Below, in pieces: positions 32,704-43,196 of a stretch of 64,000 nucleotides of DNA. The translations under genes and the position numbers were made by a program. The notes beneath the pieces were generated by a model, which saw nothing but the letters and a program-made list of their open reading frames with translations, was not told the origin of the DNA and searched no databases. Source of the stretch: an uncultured bacterium (GTDB lineage: Bacteria; Babelota; Babeliae; Babelales; JACPOV01); assembly GCA_963744715.1 (NCBI GenBank), contig CAVUUR010000007.1, positions 64,001 to 128,000 on the forward strand, given 5' to 3'. The first letter of the stretch is position 1; the number at the start of each line of letters is the position of its first letter.

Positions 32704-32735
32704 AAGTGAAACAGCTCAAAAAAGCTGTTTCACTT
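32704..32735. terminator. Hairpin between convergent genes
   Basis: aagtgaaacagct-caaaaa-agctgtttcactt perfect 13-bp stem. Confidence 0.75.
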
Positions 32736-32748
32736 ACAAAAAAAATTG

Positions 32749-34167
32749 CTAACGTCTTTCATTAAGCCATATTTCACTAACCATTTTACTTAACTGGCTA
32801 CGCTCACTGTGATGCAGGAATACGGTTCCAAAAAGTGATTGTCCTTTAAATTTGTTGCTGGCAACTACCAATCCATTGCTACTGAAATCCAAATACGGCA
32901 AATCAATTTGATACGGATCACCAACAAGAATAATTTTACTGCCCTCGCCCACACGGCTAATTAATGTTTTAACTTCATGCGGCGTTAAATTCTGTGCCTC
33001 ATCAATTAAAATATATTGATACGGAATTGATCTACCACGCATGTAGGTGATAGCTTCAAGACTTATTTTGCCTTCTTTTATCAGCACATCTAATGATTCC
33101 AATTTTCTTTGTGATCGATCGTGCCGTTTTTGCTTTTTATGACGCGAGCCACCCTTATCAGCATACACCATAGCACCTTCATATGATTGCTGCTCCATAG
33201 TGCCCGTGCTCACCGCATGAACAATAAAATCCATATTATCATAAATTGGTTGCATCCAACTGTGCAGTTTTTCTTCAATAGTTCCGGGTAGATAACCGAT
33301 ATCAGCGCCAAGGGGAACCACCGGCCGCGAAACGAGCATTTTGCTAAAATCATCGAGCGTTAAGACTTGATATAATCCTGCCAATAAGGCAAGAAATGTT
33401 TTACCCGTGCCTGCTGGACCGAGCAGATTAACTAATTGGATCTGCGGATCGAACAATAAATCGAGTGCCATCACCTGTTCAATGTTGCGTGCTTCAAGCG
33501 GCCACTGCAAATACGGTGCTTCGACTTTTTTAAATTGTGAACCGCCTAAATAACGAAATAGTTTATAATTGAAGGGATTATTCTGGCTTTCCAAAACTAT
33601 AAATTCATTAACAACTAAATCATAATGCTCAGGAATTTCTTCTAACTCTCCAGGAAATTCTTTTTTTAATGAAATTGAGGGGACTGCAACATGCACCCAT
33701 CCTTTATAAAAATTTTTTGGTGATGTATGTTCTTTTAAGTAATCTTGCGTTGCAATGCCAAGAACATCTGCTTTAATACGAGCATTTAAATCTTTTGAAA
33801 TAAAGATAACTTCGCACCCCCTGCTCTGTAACTGGGCAACGGTATACAAAATCATATTATCAACGATATTTAAACTCAATTCTGCTGGTAATGAAATAGT
33901 TTTCTCCGGCACAAACAATACCCTAAAGATACCACCATTATCAAGGGGAACTCCGTCTCTGAGCGAACCCTTAGACCGTAACGAATCAAGATATCGAATA
34001 ACTTGACGTGCATTATATCCACGATCAGTATTTTCTTCTTTAAACCTATCGAGCTCCTCTAGCACCAATATAGGGATTCCTAGCGTAGCACAATTAAAAG
34101 AAAATATTGATTCTGGGTCATGGAGTAACACATTAGTATCAAGAACATATATTCGTTCTGAAATCAT
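32749..34167 (-). CDS. PIN-PhoH fusion (PhoH2/YlaK family)
   Basis: YVLDTNVLLHDP PIN domain; GPAGTGKT, MRGRS, DEAQN. Confidence 0.93.
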   Translation of the reverse strand: MISERIYVLDTNVLLHDPESIFSFNCATLGIPILVLEELDRFKEENTDRGYNARQVIRYLDSLRSKGSLRDGVPLDNGGIFRVLFVPEKTISLPAELSLNIVDNMILYTVAQLQSRGCEVIFISKDLNARIKADVLGIATQDYLKEHTSPKNFYKGWVHVAVPSISLKKEFPGELEEIPEHYDLVVNEFIVLESQNNPFNYKLFRYLGGSQFKKVEAPYLQWPLEARNIEQVMALDLLFDPQIQLVNLLGPAGTGKTFLALLAGLYQVLTLDDFSKMLVSRPVVPLGADIGYLPGTIEEKLHSWMQPIYDNMDFIVHAVSTGTMEQQSYEGAMVYADKGGSRHKKQKRHDRSQRKLESLDVLIKEGKISLEAITYMRGRSIPYQYILIDEAQNLTPHEVKTLISRVGEGSKIILVGDPYQIDLPYLDFSSNGLVVASNKFKGQSLFGTVFLHHSERSQLSKMVSEIWLNERR

Positions 34168-34341
34168 ATACTCCTTCCTGACTTTTTTTAGTAAAAATCA
34201 TAGTCACTCCCTGAACCCTATCATACTGTTTCCGGAGTAGCAATCATCAACGTCAAAGATTTCTTTTTTCATGAACATTCCTATAAACATCAAAACTGAT
34301 ATACTAAGATATACTTGTTGAGCACCTTAAGGAGTTAATGT

Positions 34342-36051
34342 ATGGATAATAAAAAAAATTTACAAAATTTACGCCATTCAGCTGCACATTTAATAGCTCA
34401 TGCTGTTAAAGAATTATTTCCTCAAACACTACTTACTATTGGACCAGCTACGCAAGAAGGTTTTTTTTATGATTTCCTTCCTCAACATAATTTTAAAGAT
34501 GAAGACCTTCCGCTCATCGAAGCAAAAATGCAGGAAATAGTTGAACGAGATTTACCACTTACTCATAAAGAAATTTCAAAAGATGAAGCTCGTACATTAT
34601 TTGCAAACAATCGCTTTAAGCTCCAGTTGATTGATGAAATTCCTGGGCAAACCGTAGGTTTATCGCAACAAGGAGATTTTTTTGACCTGTGCAAAGGGGG
34701 ACATGTAGCTTCAACTAAAGAGCTCAAACATGTTAAATTATTAGGTATATCCGGTTCTTATTGGAAAGCAGATAAAAATAATCAAGCTTTACAGCGAATA
34801 ACGGGTACGGCTTTTTTCACGCAGGAAGAGCTCGCAGCCTTTTTGCATAGAAAAGAAGAAGCGTTATTATATGATCACCGTCGGCTCGGCAAATTACTCA
34901 ATCTTTTTTCATTTCATGATGAAGGTGTCGGTTTTCCTTTTTTTCATCCTAAAGGCAAACTCATTATTAATATTCTGATTGATTATCTCAGACAGCTTCA
35001 AATAAAAAATAATTATCAAGAAATATCGACTCCCATATTGTTAAATGATGAGCTATGGAAGCGATCTGGGCATTATGCACATTACAAGGATAATATGTAT
35101 TTTTGCCAGATTGATGATCAAAGTTATGCCATCAAACCCATGAACTGTCCCGGAGCATTCTTAGTCTATGGGGAACGCCCTCATTCATACCGTGAACTTC
35201 CGGTTAGATTATCTGAGTTTGGCCTTGTTCATAGACACGAACTTTCAGGAGTTTTGCATGGATTAATGCGCGTAAGGGCATTTACTCAAGATGATGCCCA
35301 TATTATTTGTACTTTCGATCAACTGGAAGAAGAAATTCAACACGTTATCAACCTAACCTATACGGTATTAAAACGATTTAATTTTAATCAGGTAAGGGTT
35401 GCTATCTCAACAAAACCTATAAATGCTATGGGCAGTGATGATTTGTGGGAAAAAGCAACTAAAGCTCTTAAAAATTCTTTAGACAAGAATAATATTGAAT
35501 ATACCATAAAAGAAGGTGAAGGGGCATTTTACGGGCCAAAAATCGAGTTTTTAATTCAGGATTCGATGGAACGTGAATGGCAATGCGGAACCATCCAAAT
35601 TGATTTTTTCCAATCACATAACTTTGACCTTACGTATATTAGTTCTCAAGGCACTAAAGAGCGCCCTGTTATTATTCATAGAGCCATCTATGGTTCATTA
35701 GAACGTTTTTTTGCTATTTTATTAGAACATTACAAGGGAAACCTTCCATTGTGGTTGGCTCCAGTTCAACTAAAAATACTAACCATCACTGATGAACAAA
35801 TCTCCTATGCCCAAACTATTATGCAATTTTTGCAACCACATGGGTACAGGGTGGAATTGGATCAATCTTCGGATCAAATTTCAAGTAAAATTAAAGCCGC
35901 ACAGCTCGAAAAAATACCGATTATGATTATTATTGGTAAAAAAGAAGCCGCCAACGGCACGGTTACGCTCCGTTATAATGATGGCAAACAAGAATTTAAT
36001 GTAGAAAAAGAAACGTTATTAGCAACTTTACATGCTTTACAACAAGCATAA
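34342..36051 (+). CDS. thrS: Threonyl-tRNA synthetase (no N-terminal TGS domain)
   Basis: RHSAAH, DHRRLG, KPMNCP, FTQDDAH, GAFYGPK. Confidence 0.97.
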   Translation: MDNKKNLQNLRHSAAHLIAHAVKELFPQTLLTIGPATQEGFFYDFLPQHNFKDEDLPLIEAKMQEIVERDLPLTHKEISKDEARTLFANNRFKLQLIDEIPGQTVGLSQQGDFFDLCKGGHVASTKELKHVKLLGISGSYWKADKNNQALQRITGTAFFTQEELAAFLHRKEEALLYDHRRLGKLLNLFSFHDEGVGFPFFHPKGKLIINILIDYLRQLQIKNNYQEISTPILLNDELWKRSGHYAHYKDNMYFCQIDDQSYAIKPMNCPGAFLVYGERPHSYRELPVRLSEFGLVHRHELSGVLHGLMRVRAFTQDDAHIICTFDQLEEEIQHVINLTYTVLKRFNFNQVRVAISTKPINAMGSDDLWEKATKALKNSLDKNNIEYTIKEGEGAFYGPKIEFLIQDSMEREWQCGTIQIDFFQSHNFDLTYISSQGTKERPVIIHRAIYGSLERFFAILLEHYKGNLPLWLAPVQLKILTITDEQISYAQTIMQFLQPHGYRVELDQSSDQISSKIKAAQLEKIPIMIIIGKKEAANGTVTLRYNDGKQEFNVEKETLLATLHALQQA

Positions 36052-36154
36052 TATTCCTCATATAATTTTTTCACGGGTAATAGATACAAATAAAGTATAA
36101 AATATTTTTTTTTAGTAAAAATAACAAAAAATTAAAATTAAAATATAAAAAATA

Positions 36155-36184
36155 TTGACTTTTAAAGTTTAAAGTATGTACCAT
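36155..36184 (+). promoter_or_regulatory. Candidate sigma70 promoter for the histone-like gene
   Basis: TTGACT-18-TACCAT preceded by an A-rich UP-like tract. Confidence 0.4.
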
Positions 36185-36236
36185 CAATAATGAAGATGAA
36201 ATATGTATTATTAATCCTTTACAAAAGGGAGTAGTC

Positions 36237-36407
36237 ATGGTTAAAAGAAAAGTTGCAGCTAAAAAAGCCGCTCCAAAGAGAAAAGTCGCTAAAAGAGCCG
36301 CTTCAAAAAGAAAAGTTACCAAGAGAGCTGCTACAAAAAGAAAAGCTGCTAAAAGAGCACCTGCTCGAAAAGGTCATGCTGCTGCTAAAAAAGCTGCAAG
36401 CAAATAA
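36237..36407 (+). CDS. Histone H1-like Lys/Arg/Ala-rich protein, 56 aa (below ORF track cutoff)
   Basis: MVKRKVAAKKAAPKRKVAKRAASKRKVTKRAATKRKAAKRAPARKGHAAAKKAASK*; AAGGGAG RBS; own terminator. Confidence 0.88.
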   Translation: MVKRKVAAKKAAPKRKVAKRAASKRKVTKRAATKRKAAKRAPARKGHAAAKKAASK

Positions 36408-36423
36408 TCTTAATTCGTTAAAC

Positions 36424-36460
36424 AAAAACGCTGTATTCCAGTAATGATTACAGCGTTTTT
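36424..36460. terminator. Bidirectional terminator
   Basis: aaaaacgctgta...tacagcgttttt between convergent genes. Confidence 0.8.
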
Positions 36461-36466
36461 CTATTT

Positions 36467-37069
36467 TTAGCGACTTTTTGTTACATCAACTCTTTTGCAA
36501 AGATCAAAAAGAGGACATTTCGAACACCAGGGAGAGATAGGAACGCAAATATTTTGTCCCCACATTACTAAAAGTTCATTAAATTCAATCCAATGGTGCT
36601 CCGGTACAACTTTTTTAAGGGCTCGTTCCGTTTCCTCGGGAGTTTTTGTTTTAATAATACCGAGCCTATTTGAGATTCTATGCACATGAGTATCAACACA
36701 CAGTGCGGGAATGCCAAAGCCAATTCCTAGAACTAAATTAGCCGTTTTTATGCCAACACCAGAAATAGAACGTAATTGTTCTTGCGTATGGGGCACCACG
36801 CCCGCAAATGTTTCAATAATATCCTTACTCACACTATGAACTAAGAGCGATTTGCGCCGATAGAAACCTAAGGGATATAAGATACGATGAAGTTCATGTA
36901 ATGGAATGGCAAGAAGTTCTTGGGGCGTTTTTGCTTGCTTAAAAAGTTTCCTACAAACCGGCAGGCATATGATATCTTTCGTTCGTAATCCGAGTAAACA
37001 CGCGATAAGTATAAGAAAAGGGTCTCGACCAAATTCTTTAACGATATAATACATCATCGGCTTTGTCAT
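36467..37069 (-). CDS. nth: Endonuclease III (frame is open upstream to about 37147)
   Basis: HhH GVGIKTAN, VDTHVHRISNRLG, C..PWCSKCPL..LC Fe-S motif. Confidence 0.93.
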   Translation of the reverse strand: MTKPMMYYIVKEFGRDPFLILIACLLGLRTKDIICLPVCRKLFKQAKTPQELLAIPLHELHRILYPLGFYRRKSLLVHSVSKDIIETFAGVVPHTQEQLRSISGVGIKTANLVLGIGFGIPALCVDTHVHRISNRLGIIKTKTPEETERALKKVVPEHHWIEFNELLVMWGQNICVPISPWCSKCPLFDLCKRVDVTKSR

Positions 37070-37414
37070 ATTCTTGGTATGTTCACGTAAAATTGCAATA
37101 ATTTTTTCAATATGAACATCTACCAGGGATTCCGATAATCTATTAATGTTTGATCCTTTTTAACTGATATTTGTAATAAGAAGATAGCTGTGTTAGAATA
37201 ACAAGGCTAAACTGTTATTGACATATTTCAATAAAATCCGCATCAACTGGTGGAACGACGGTCAAGGGAGAAATTAAACTAACAAACATTATAGCAATCA
37301 CTACTAAACTATAGTTTTTTTTGCTTACCATAAAGGCCCCTTCAAAAAATAAATTTAAATGATAATTAAGGACTAAATATAAGCATTTTTACGTAAAAAA
37401 GCAAGAAAAAGAAT

Positions 37415-40156
37415 ATGACATTTTTAATAGATCCTCTCTATCAAATAGTTAGTAATTTTTATTTTTTATTATCCGTATTATCGGTAACTTTTTTATTAAA
37501 AACGGGTTTATTAGTATTAGCTATAATTCACGCCTCACGTTCAGAAAAAATAAAAAAACCATGGTTTTTTTTGTTATTAGTATTAATTGGATCTATGTTT
37601 TCAGATGCTACTTGGATTATAACCATATCAAAAAAGTTGTTTTTTGATTATGTTGAATATAAAACCATGCTAATTTTGTTTGTGCGTTTATCATGGGCCT
37701 GGCATATTATTGAATACCAGTCGCTATGCTTATTTATTGAAACATTAACCGAAAAAAATTATATAAAAAATTATAACAAACTCTTCGTTGTAGGCAGTTT
37801 TGCATTAACCCTAATGCATACCTATTTTGCAGTATTTAAATTTTATGATGTACATGATAGACCGCCCTTTGAATATACCTTAACACAAATCAGTTCTTTA
37901 TACGTTTTTGTTATTATGATGCCAACTTTATATTTTGCATTCAAAAATATACGGTTAAAAAAATTACCAAAAATTTTAACGAAACAATTAAAAATACTTA
38001 TTCAATTTTTAATATGTCCCTCACTGATATCAGATTTTCTTCAAATGTATCCCTTTTCATTCTACCCTGGCTACAGAGCCAGTAACTATGCTGCTGTTAG
38101 TATTTCAACGATACTTTTAACCTTTGCCTTTTATTTCTGCGCAAAAAAAATGATAGGGTTGCGATTCCTTAACTTTAATAACCATGTACAATCACCGGAT
38201 AGATTTAATTTTATTAATGATTTTCAGATTGTGCTTGAGCAACTGAGCCAAGTAACAAACCTTAAGGAATTGGGGCATATAACACAGGCCTTTTTTAAAG
38301 AAGCATTTGGTATACAACCGAGTAGAACGTTGCTCTACTTACGCAACCTTGAAACTAATAAAAAACACGAAGATGAGATTGATGCATCCAATTCACTCGG
38401 TTCGGTTGTAGAACATTTCATCCGTAGAGATGATAACAGCACCGCCGATTCAGTTTCGTCATTTCTTTTTCAAACCAAAATTCTTATCGCTGATGAATTA
38501 GCATTCAGTAATTTTTATGACGAAACCTCTTTGAGCCAAGAAATTCTTTCATTCCTCAATCTTATTAATGCCGATATTTTCATACCAATTTACGAAAAAA
38601 AAATCATTATTGCTTATATCATTGTAGAACGTGAAGCTCGCAATAATGAATTTTATACCAAAATGGAACATGATGAAATGACGGTGTTTGCAAGTTATCT
38701 TGCCAACGTCATTAATTTATTAAAAAATCGCAATCTTAATTCACTCATCCAACAAGAAAAAGAAATGCGTGAAGAACTTTATATAAAACATCAAGAAATT
38801 AATCAATATAAAGAAAGCATCCGTTCATTTTTACATGATACACAACAACGCAAAATCGGTATTATCTTTTATAAAAATCGAAAATTTTCGTATGGTAATC
38901 AAGCGGCCAAAGAATTCATTGACATCAATCCTAACACGCAAGATGGCCATTCATTGACTAAAGCACTAAAAACTATTGTGCATAATGTACAAGAATATAA
39001 AACAGCGCAAACATTATTAGTAAAAGATACTCAAGGTAACAAAATAGTAATTTCGGGTATTTCTAATTTAGAGGAAAATAATATCATTATTACTATATAT
39101 TATCCGGAAATTGCCGATATCTTAAAAGAACAACTCTCGCAAGCAAAAAATCCAAGCGAATGGGATTATATTCTTTACTTAGAAACTACGCAAACGGGAA
39201 AATTAATTAATCATCTCATTCCCGGAACTGGGCAGCACTTACTGAATTTTAAAATAGAACTTCTCAAAATGTCACTCAGTAAAAAAGCTTTATTACTTGA
39301 TATTCCTGAGCAGGATTTAACGGGAACCGTTGAGATTCTACACCATATCAGTTTGCGAGAAACCTTATATATGCTTAAATTGCAAGCTTATGAAAAAAAT
39401 CATGATACTGCCATTAAGCTTTTTGGTATTAATCCCATTTTTGGTAAAAGTCATGAACAACCGCTGCTTGAAAGACTCAATAACAATGGCACCTTATTCA
39501 TTCAAAATATTAATTTTTTATCACTGGAAACGCAGGAACATTTAGTTGAGTTTATTTGTTATGGTTATTATCATATCTTCAAAAGCGATCAAAAAACTAA
39601 TAGCAACGTACGTATCATTTGTTCTGCAAATCAGAATCTGCAAACACTGGTACAAGCGGGGAAATTTTCAAAAGCATTATTTAATGAATTAAAACAAACA
39701 ACGTTATCAATGCCCTCATTAATAACCTTGCCTGAAAAAGAACTTAATGAACTAGCACAGGGGTTTACTGAACAGGCTATAAAAACACAAACATTCAAAA
39801 ATCTTCTTGAATTAACACCGCGAGAAAAAGATAAACTTGTTCATGCGCGCCCGGTAAGCTTAGAGGAATTTAGAACGAAAATACAAACCATTCTTGTGCA
39901 CAAATCAAAGAAAAATAAAATTCTGCAAGAAACACAGTTCGACCCTGCGTATAATATTACCGACCCGGAATTAATTGTTGCAGCACGTTTAGGTAAAAAA
40001 GCATTAAAAGATCCTAAAATAATGGCTCTTTTATGGAATAAATTCAATAACCAAAACAAAATAGCAGCATTTTTAGGCGTCAATCGCTCGTCAGTTAACA
40101 GACGTTGTAAAGAATATGCTCTTGATACCACGGTGCAATCCGCACCGGCGACTTAA
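37415..40156 (+). CDS. Multi-TM sensor fused to GAF-like, degenerate sigma54-activator-like AAA and Fis-type HTH domains
   Basis: About 7 N-terminal TMs; KLFG...NNGTLFIQNI..LS.ETQ..L...NVRIICSANQNL..LV..GKF; NQNKIAAFLGVNRSSVNRRCKEY. Confidence 0.75.
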   Translation: MTFLIDPLYQIVSNFYFLLSVLSVTFLLKTGLLVLAIIHASRSEKIKKPWFFLLLVLIGSMFSDATWIITISKKLFFDYVEYKTMLILFVRLSWAWHIIEYQSLCLFIETLTEKNYIKNYNKLFVVGSFALTLMHTYFAVFKFYDVHDRPPFEYTLTQISSLYVFVIMMPTLYFAFKNIRLKKLPKILTKQLKILIQFLICPSLISDFLQMYPFSFYPGYRASNYAAVSISTILLTFAFYFCAKKMIGLRFLNFNNHVQSPDRFNFINDFQIVLEQLSQVTNLKELGHITQAFFKEAFGIQPSRTLLYLRNLETNKKHEDEIDASNSLGSVVEHFIRRDDNSTADSVSSFLFQTKILIADELAFSNFYDETSLSQEILSFLNLINADIFIPIYEKKIIIAYIIVEREARNNEFYTKMEHDEMTVFASYLANVINLLKNRNLNSLIQQEKEMREELYIKHQEINQYKESIRSFLHDTQQRKIGIIFYKNRKFSYGNQAAKEFIDINPNTQDGHSLTKALKTIVHNVQEYKTAQTLLVKDTQGNKIVISGISNLEENNIIITIYYPEIADILKEQLSQAKNPSEWDYILYLETTQTGKLINHLIPGTGQHLLNFKIELLKMSLSKKALLLDIPEQDLTGTVEILHHISLRETLYMLKLQAYEKNHDTAIKLFGINPIFGKSHEQPLLERLNNNGTLFIQNINFLSLETQEHLVEFICYGYYHIFKSDQKTNSNVRIICSANQNLQTLVQAGKFSKALFNELKQTTLSMPSLITLPEKELNELAQGFTEQAIKTQTFKNLLELTPREKDKLVHARPVSLEEFRTKIQTILVHKSKKNKILQETQFDPAYNITDPELIVAARLGKKALKDPKIMALLWNKFNNQNKIAAFLGVNRSSVNRRCKEYALDTTVQSAPAT

Positions 40157-40316
40157 TAGTATAGCTAGCAAAAACGCATTTTTTTATTTTTAAATTTTTT
40201 TTATATTCATCACATCAATTTTTTTAATAATAATATCCAAAAACAATAAAGGTATTGCTCTTCCATCAACAATTCTTTATGTTATAAGCATATTTTTTGC
40301 CAGAAGGATAATTATT

Positions 40317-41237
40317 ATGAATTTAGAAGAATTTAAATGTAAAAAAGATGAATTTCTTATTTATTTAGATGTTGAAAAAAATCTATCAATTCATACTCAA
40401 CGAGCTTACCAACATGATCTTGAACAATTTTACCATTTTTGGCATACCTTAAATACCAAAGAAAAAAAAACACTCACTATTCGCCATGTACTGGATCGTT
40501 TTTTTATTGCTCTTTACAATAAAAATATAGAAAAAAGCTCTATTGCTCGAAAAATTTCTTGTTTACAATCATTTAGAAAATTTCTTAAAAATCATGGGAT
40601 TATACTCTCTTTACAGTTAACCCGTCCACGCATCGATAAAAAATTACCAATTTATTTAAGTATAGATGAGATTTTCTATCTTCTTGATTCGATTCAAAAT
40701 CATGCCTTGCCGACAAGAAAACCGTATCGCGATAAAGCAATTTTTGAATTATTGTACGCAACCGGTATACGATGTTCAGAATTGGTAATGATCAAATTTT
40801 CTGATCTTGACCTTGAACATAAAATTATTCGCATCATCGGTAAAGGGAAAAAAGAACGCATTGCTCTTTTCGGTCAAAAGGCCAAAGACATTTTGTTGGC
40901 ATATTTATCACATGAACGAATACCCATGAAAGATCCTCATGAGCGTCTTTTTATTAATTATCGTAACGAACCACTCACAACACGATCCATTCAACGTATC
41001 ATCGAAATGTTCAGAAAGTTTTTAAAGATAAAACGCATTATCACGCCACACAAAATAAGACATTCTTTCGCAACGCATCTATTGCACCAGGGAACTGATC
41101 TTCGTATAGTACAAGAATTGTTAGGGCATAAAACATTAGCGAGTACTGAAAAATATACTCATGTGGAAAATCAACAATTAGCAGAATTATGCGATACATT
41201 ACATCCTTTTAATACTTTTAATAAAGTAAAAAAATAA
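40317..41237 (+). CDS. xerC: Tyrosine recombinase XerC-like
   Basis: RDKAIFELLYATGIRCSE, GKGKKER, HKIRHSFATHLL, VQELLGH...TEKY. Confidence 0.9.
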   Translation: MNLEEFKCKKDEFLIYLDVEKNLSIHTQRAYQHDLEQFYHFWHTLNTKEKKTLTIRHVLDRFFIALYNKNIEKSSIARKISCLQSFRKFLKNHGIILSLQLTRPRIDKKLPIYLSIDEIFYLLDSIQNHALPTRKPYRDKAIFELLYATGIRCSELVMIKFSDLDLEHKIIRIIGKGKKERIALFGQKAKDILLAYLSHERIPMKDPHERLFINYRNEPLTTRSIQRIIEMFRKFLKIKRIITPHKIRHSFATHLLHQGTDLRIVQELLGHKTLASTEKYTHVENQQLAELCDTLHPFNTFNKVKK

Positions 41238-41244
41238 TGTATGA

Positions 41245-42972
41245 ATGAACAATATGCTTACCGCCACTGATTATAAAATAAAAATCATATGCTCTTGCTT
41301 TCTACTAAGCCTTATCTTAATTATGGGGCGACTTTTTTATCTTCAGATTTATTTGCATAATAACCTTATTAATCGCGCACACAAAAATTTTTATCGTACC
41401 GAAAAAATTTCCTCACGCCGTGGCAATATTTTTGATTGTAAGGGAAATTTATTAGCAACTAATAGACCGGTTACCATGATTTATTGGCAAGGCATGGAAC
41501 ACGGTGCAAAGGATGATTACCTGGCAACCCTTGCGCAACTAGAACAAATTTTAAAAAAGCCGATTATTAATACGGATCTTCACAAAGCGATTAAAACTGC
41601 CCAGAAACGTGGGAAAAAAGTACTGCTTCACTGCGATACCACCTTTGAGCAGTTAAGTAAAATTAAAGAACTATTCAGCACAAACCCGCATATTATTGTT
41701 ACTACTGACTTTAAGCGATATTACCCGCACCAAACATTGGCAAGTCATATTATTGGGTATATCAACACCTTTGATGAAAAAGCACATGGGAAAATGGGAT
41801 TAGAAAAAATGTTTGAAGATACGTTAAAAGGGGAACATGGCACGTTAATAAAAACAATTAACTCAATGGGAACCAGTTTATTAGAAAAACAAACAAAACA
41901 AGCGCTTGCCGGGCAGGATATTATTACCACCTTAGATTTATCACTTCAACGCATTGCCGAAGACGCATTTCCTCATGATCAGGCGGGTTGCCTTATCATT
42001 ATGGATCCAAAAACAGGAGCATTGCGCACGTTAGTTTCTAGACCAACCTTTGATCCAGATATTTTTCTTAATCGCATTTCCTTAGATACTTGGAATAGCT
42101 TACAAGAGAAAAAACCTTTCTTAAATCGCGCATTAAGCGCGTGTTATCCCCCTGCATCAATTTTTAAATTAATTACGCTGAGCGCCGCTCTTGAACATCA
42201 TATTATTGATTCCGATATGACATTTTTTTGTTGTGGATTTGTAGAATTTAAAGGAAGAAAATATTATTGTAATCGCAAACTCGGTCATGGCAATCTCTCT
42301 ATTGCAGAAGTCATTGCACAGTCCTGTAATATTCCTTTTTTTGAAATAGCCAAAACAATATCCATTGATACCCTTGCTGATTATGCACAACGATTTGGAC
42401 TTGGCATAAAAACAAATATCAATTTTCCTGAACTACAAGGACTCGTTCCTTCAACCCTATGGAAACTACAAACATTAAGCGAAGATTGGTGGCCGGGAGA
42501 AACGCTTTCGGCCGCTATAGGGCAAAGCTACCTTCTTGCTACACCATTACAAATTGCACGCATGATAGCAAGTATTTTTACCGGCTATCTGGTCAATCCG
42601 CGCATAGTAGAAGATGAGCCAATAACACAAATTCCGTTACAGATTAAGGATGAAACAAGAAAATTTTTAAAAAAAGCGATGAAACTTGGGGTAATACACG
42701 GAACCTCTAAAGGCGTTAGCAACATTAATGATTTTAAAATTTATGCAAAAACTGGCACGGCCCAAGTAATTTCATTATCAAAGCAGCAATCCAATGAGCA
42801 CTACCGTGAACATGCTTGGTTTGTAGCCCACGTACAATATCAAGATGAAACCCCACTTACCATAGTAATGTTGGTAGAACATGTAGGATCATCAAAAGAA
42901 GCAACCAAAATTGCTAAAAAACTATTAGTTAATTACCGCACCTTTATGCGTAAAAGTAAGATTTATACCTAA
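41245..42972 (+). CDS. mrdA: Penicillin-binding protein 2
   Basis: RG.IFD, PASIFK, SCN, KTGTAQ. Confidence 0.9.
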   Translation: MNNMLTATDYKIKIICSCFLLSLILIMGRLFYLQIYLHNNLINRAHKNFYRTEKISSRRGNIFDCKGNLLATNRPVTMIYWQGMEHGAKDDYLATLAQLEQILKKPIINTDLHKAIKTAQKRGKKVLLHCDTTFEQLSKIKELFSTNPHIIVTTDFKRYYPHQTLASHIIGYINTFDEKAHGKMGLEKMFEDTLKGEHGTLIKTINSMGTSLLEKQTKQALAGQDIITTLDLSLQRIAEDAFPHDQAGCLIIMDPKTGALRTLVSRPTFDPDIFLNRISLDTWNSLQEKKPFLNRALSACYPPASIFKLITLSAALEHHIIDSDMTFFCCGFVEFKGRKYYCNRKLGHGNLSIAEVIAQSCNIPFFEIAKTISIDTLADYAQRFGLGIKTNINFPELQGLVPSTLWKLQTLSEDWWPGETLSAAIGQSYLLATPLQIARMIASIFTGYLVNPRIVEDEPITQIPLQIKDETRKFLKKAMKLGVIHGTSKGVSNINDFKIYAKTGTAQVISLSKQQSNEHYREHAWFVAHVQYQDETPLTIVMLVEHVGSSKEATKIAKKLLVNYRTFMRKSKIYT

Positions 42973-43097
42973 TTCATAATAATTGAAGATTCAACATACA
43001 CCGAACCCGATTTTTTTACCTTAAAACCACAGTAAGATATAACAATTTTTATCTTTATTTATCTATTTATAAGCTAAATATATCATATCTTTTCTAA

Positions 43098-43125
43098 TTG
43101 ACATTATTTTTAATACTGATATACT
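43098..43125 (+). promoter_or_regulatory. Sigma70-type promoter
   Basis: TTGACA-16-TATACT with extended TGn. Confidence 0.55.
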
Positions 43126-43196
43126 CAGTATTAATCAGGTTAAAAAAAAGGTTAATATTTGTGATTTATAGATATTCACATGAAAGGTAAAAAAAT

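Noticed and set aside
31994..32735. Island integrated at tRNA-Ala
   Set aside because: Only one hypothetical gene follows; no duplicated tRNA 3' end or integrase seen
34342..36051. Truncated thrS
   Set aside because: Good RBS and all catalytic and editing motifs present; TGS-less ThrRS is a known variant
36071..36444. Track ORFs 36071..36322 (-) and 36253..36444 (+)
   Set aside because: Antisense and out-of-frame shadows of the histone-like gene at 36237..36407
40317..41237. Phage or island integrase
   Set aside because: Typical XerC size and motifs, linked to mrdA, no att sites or mobile cargo
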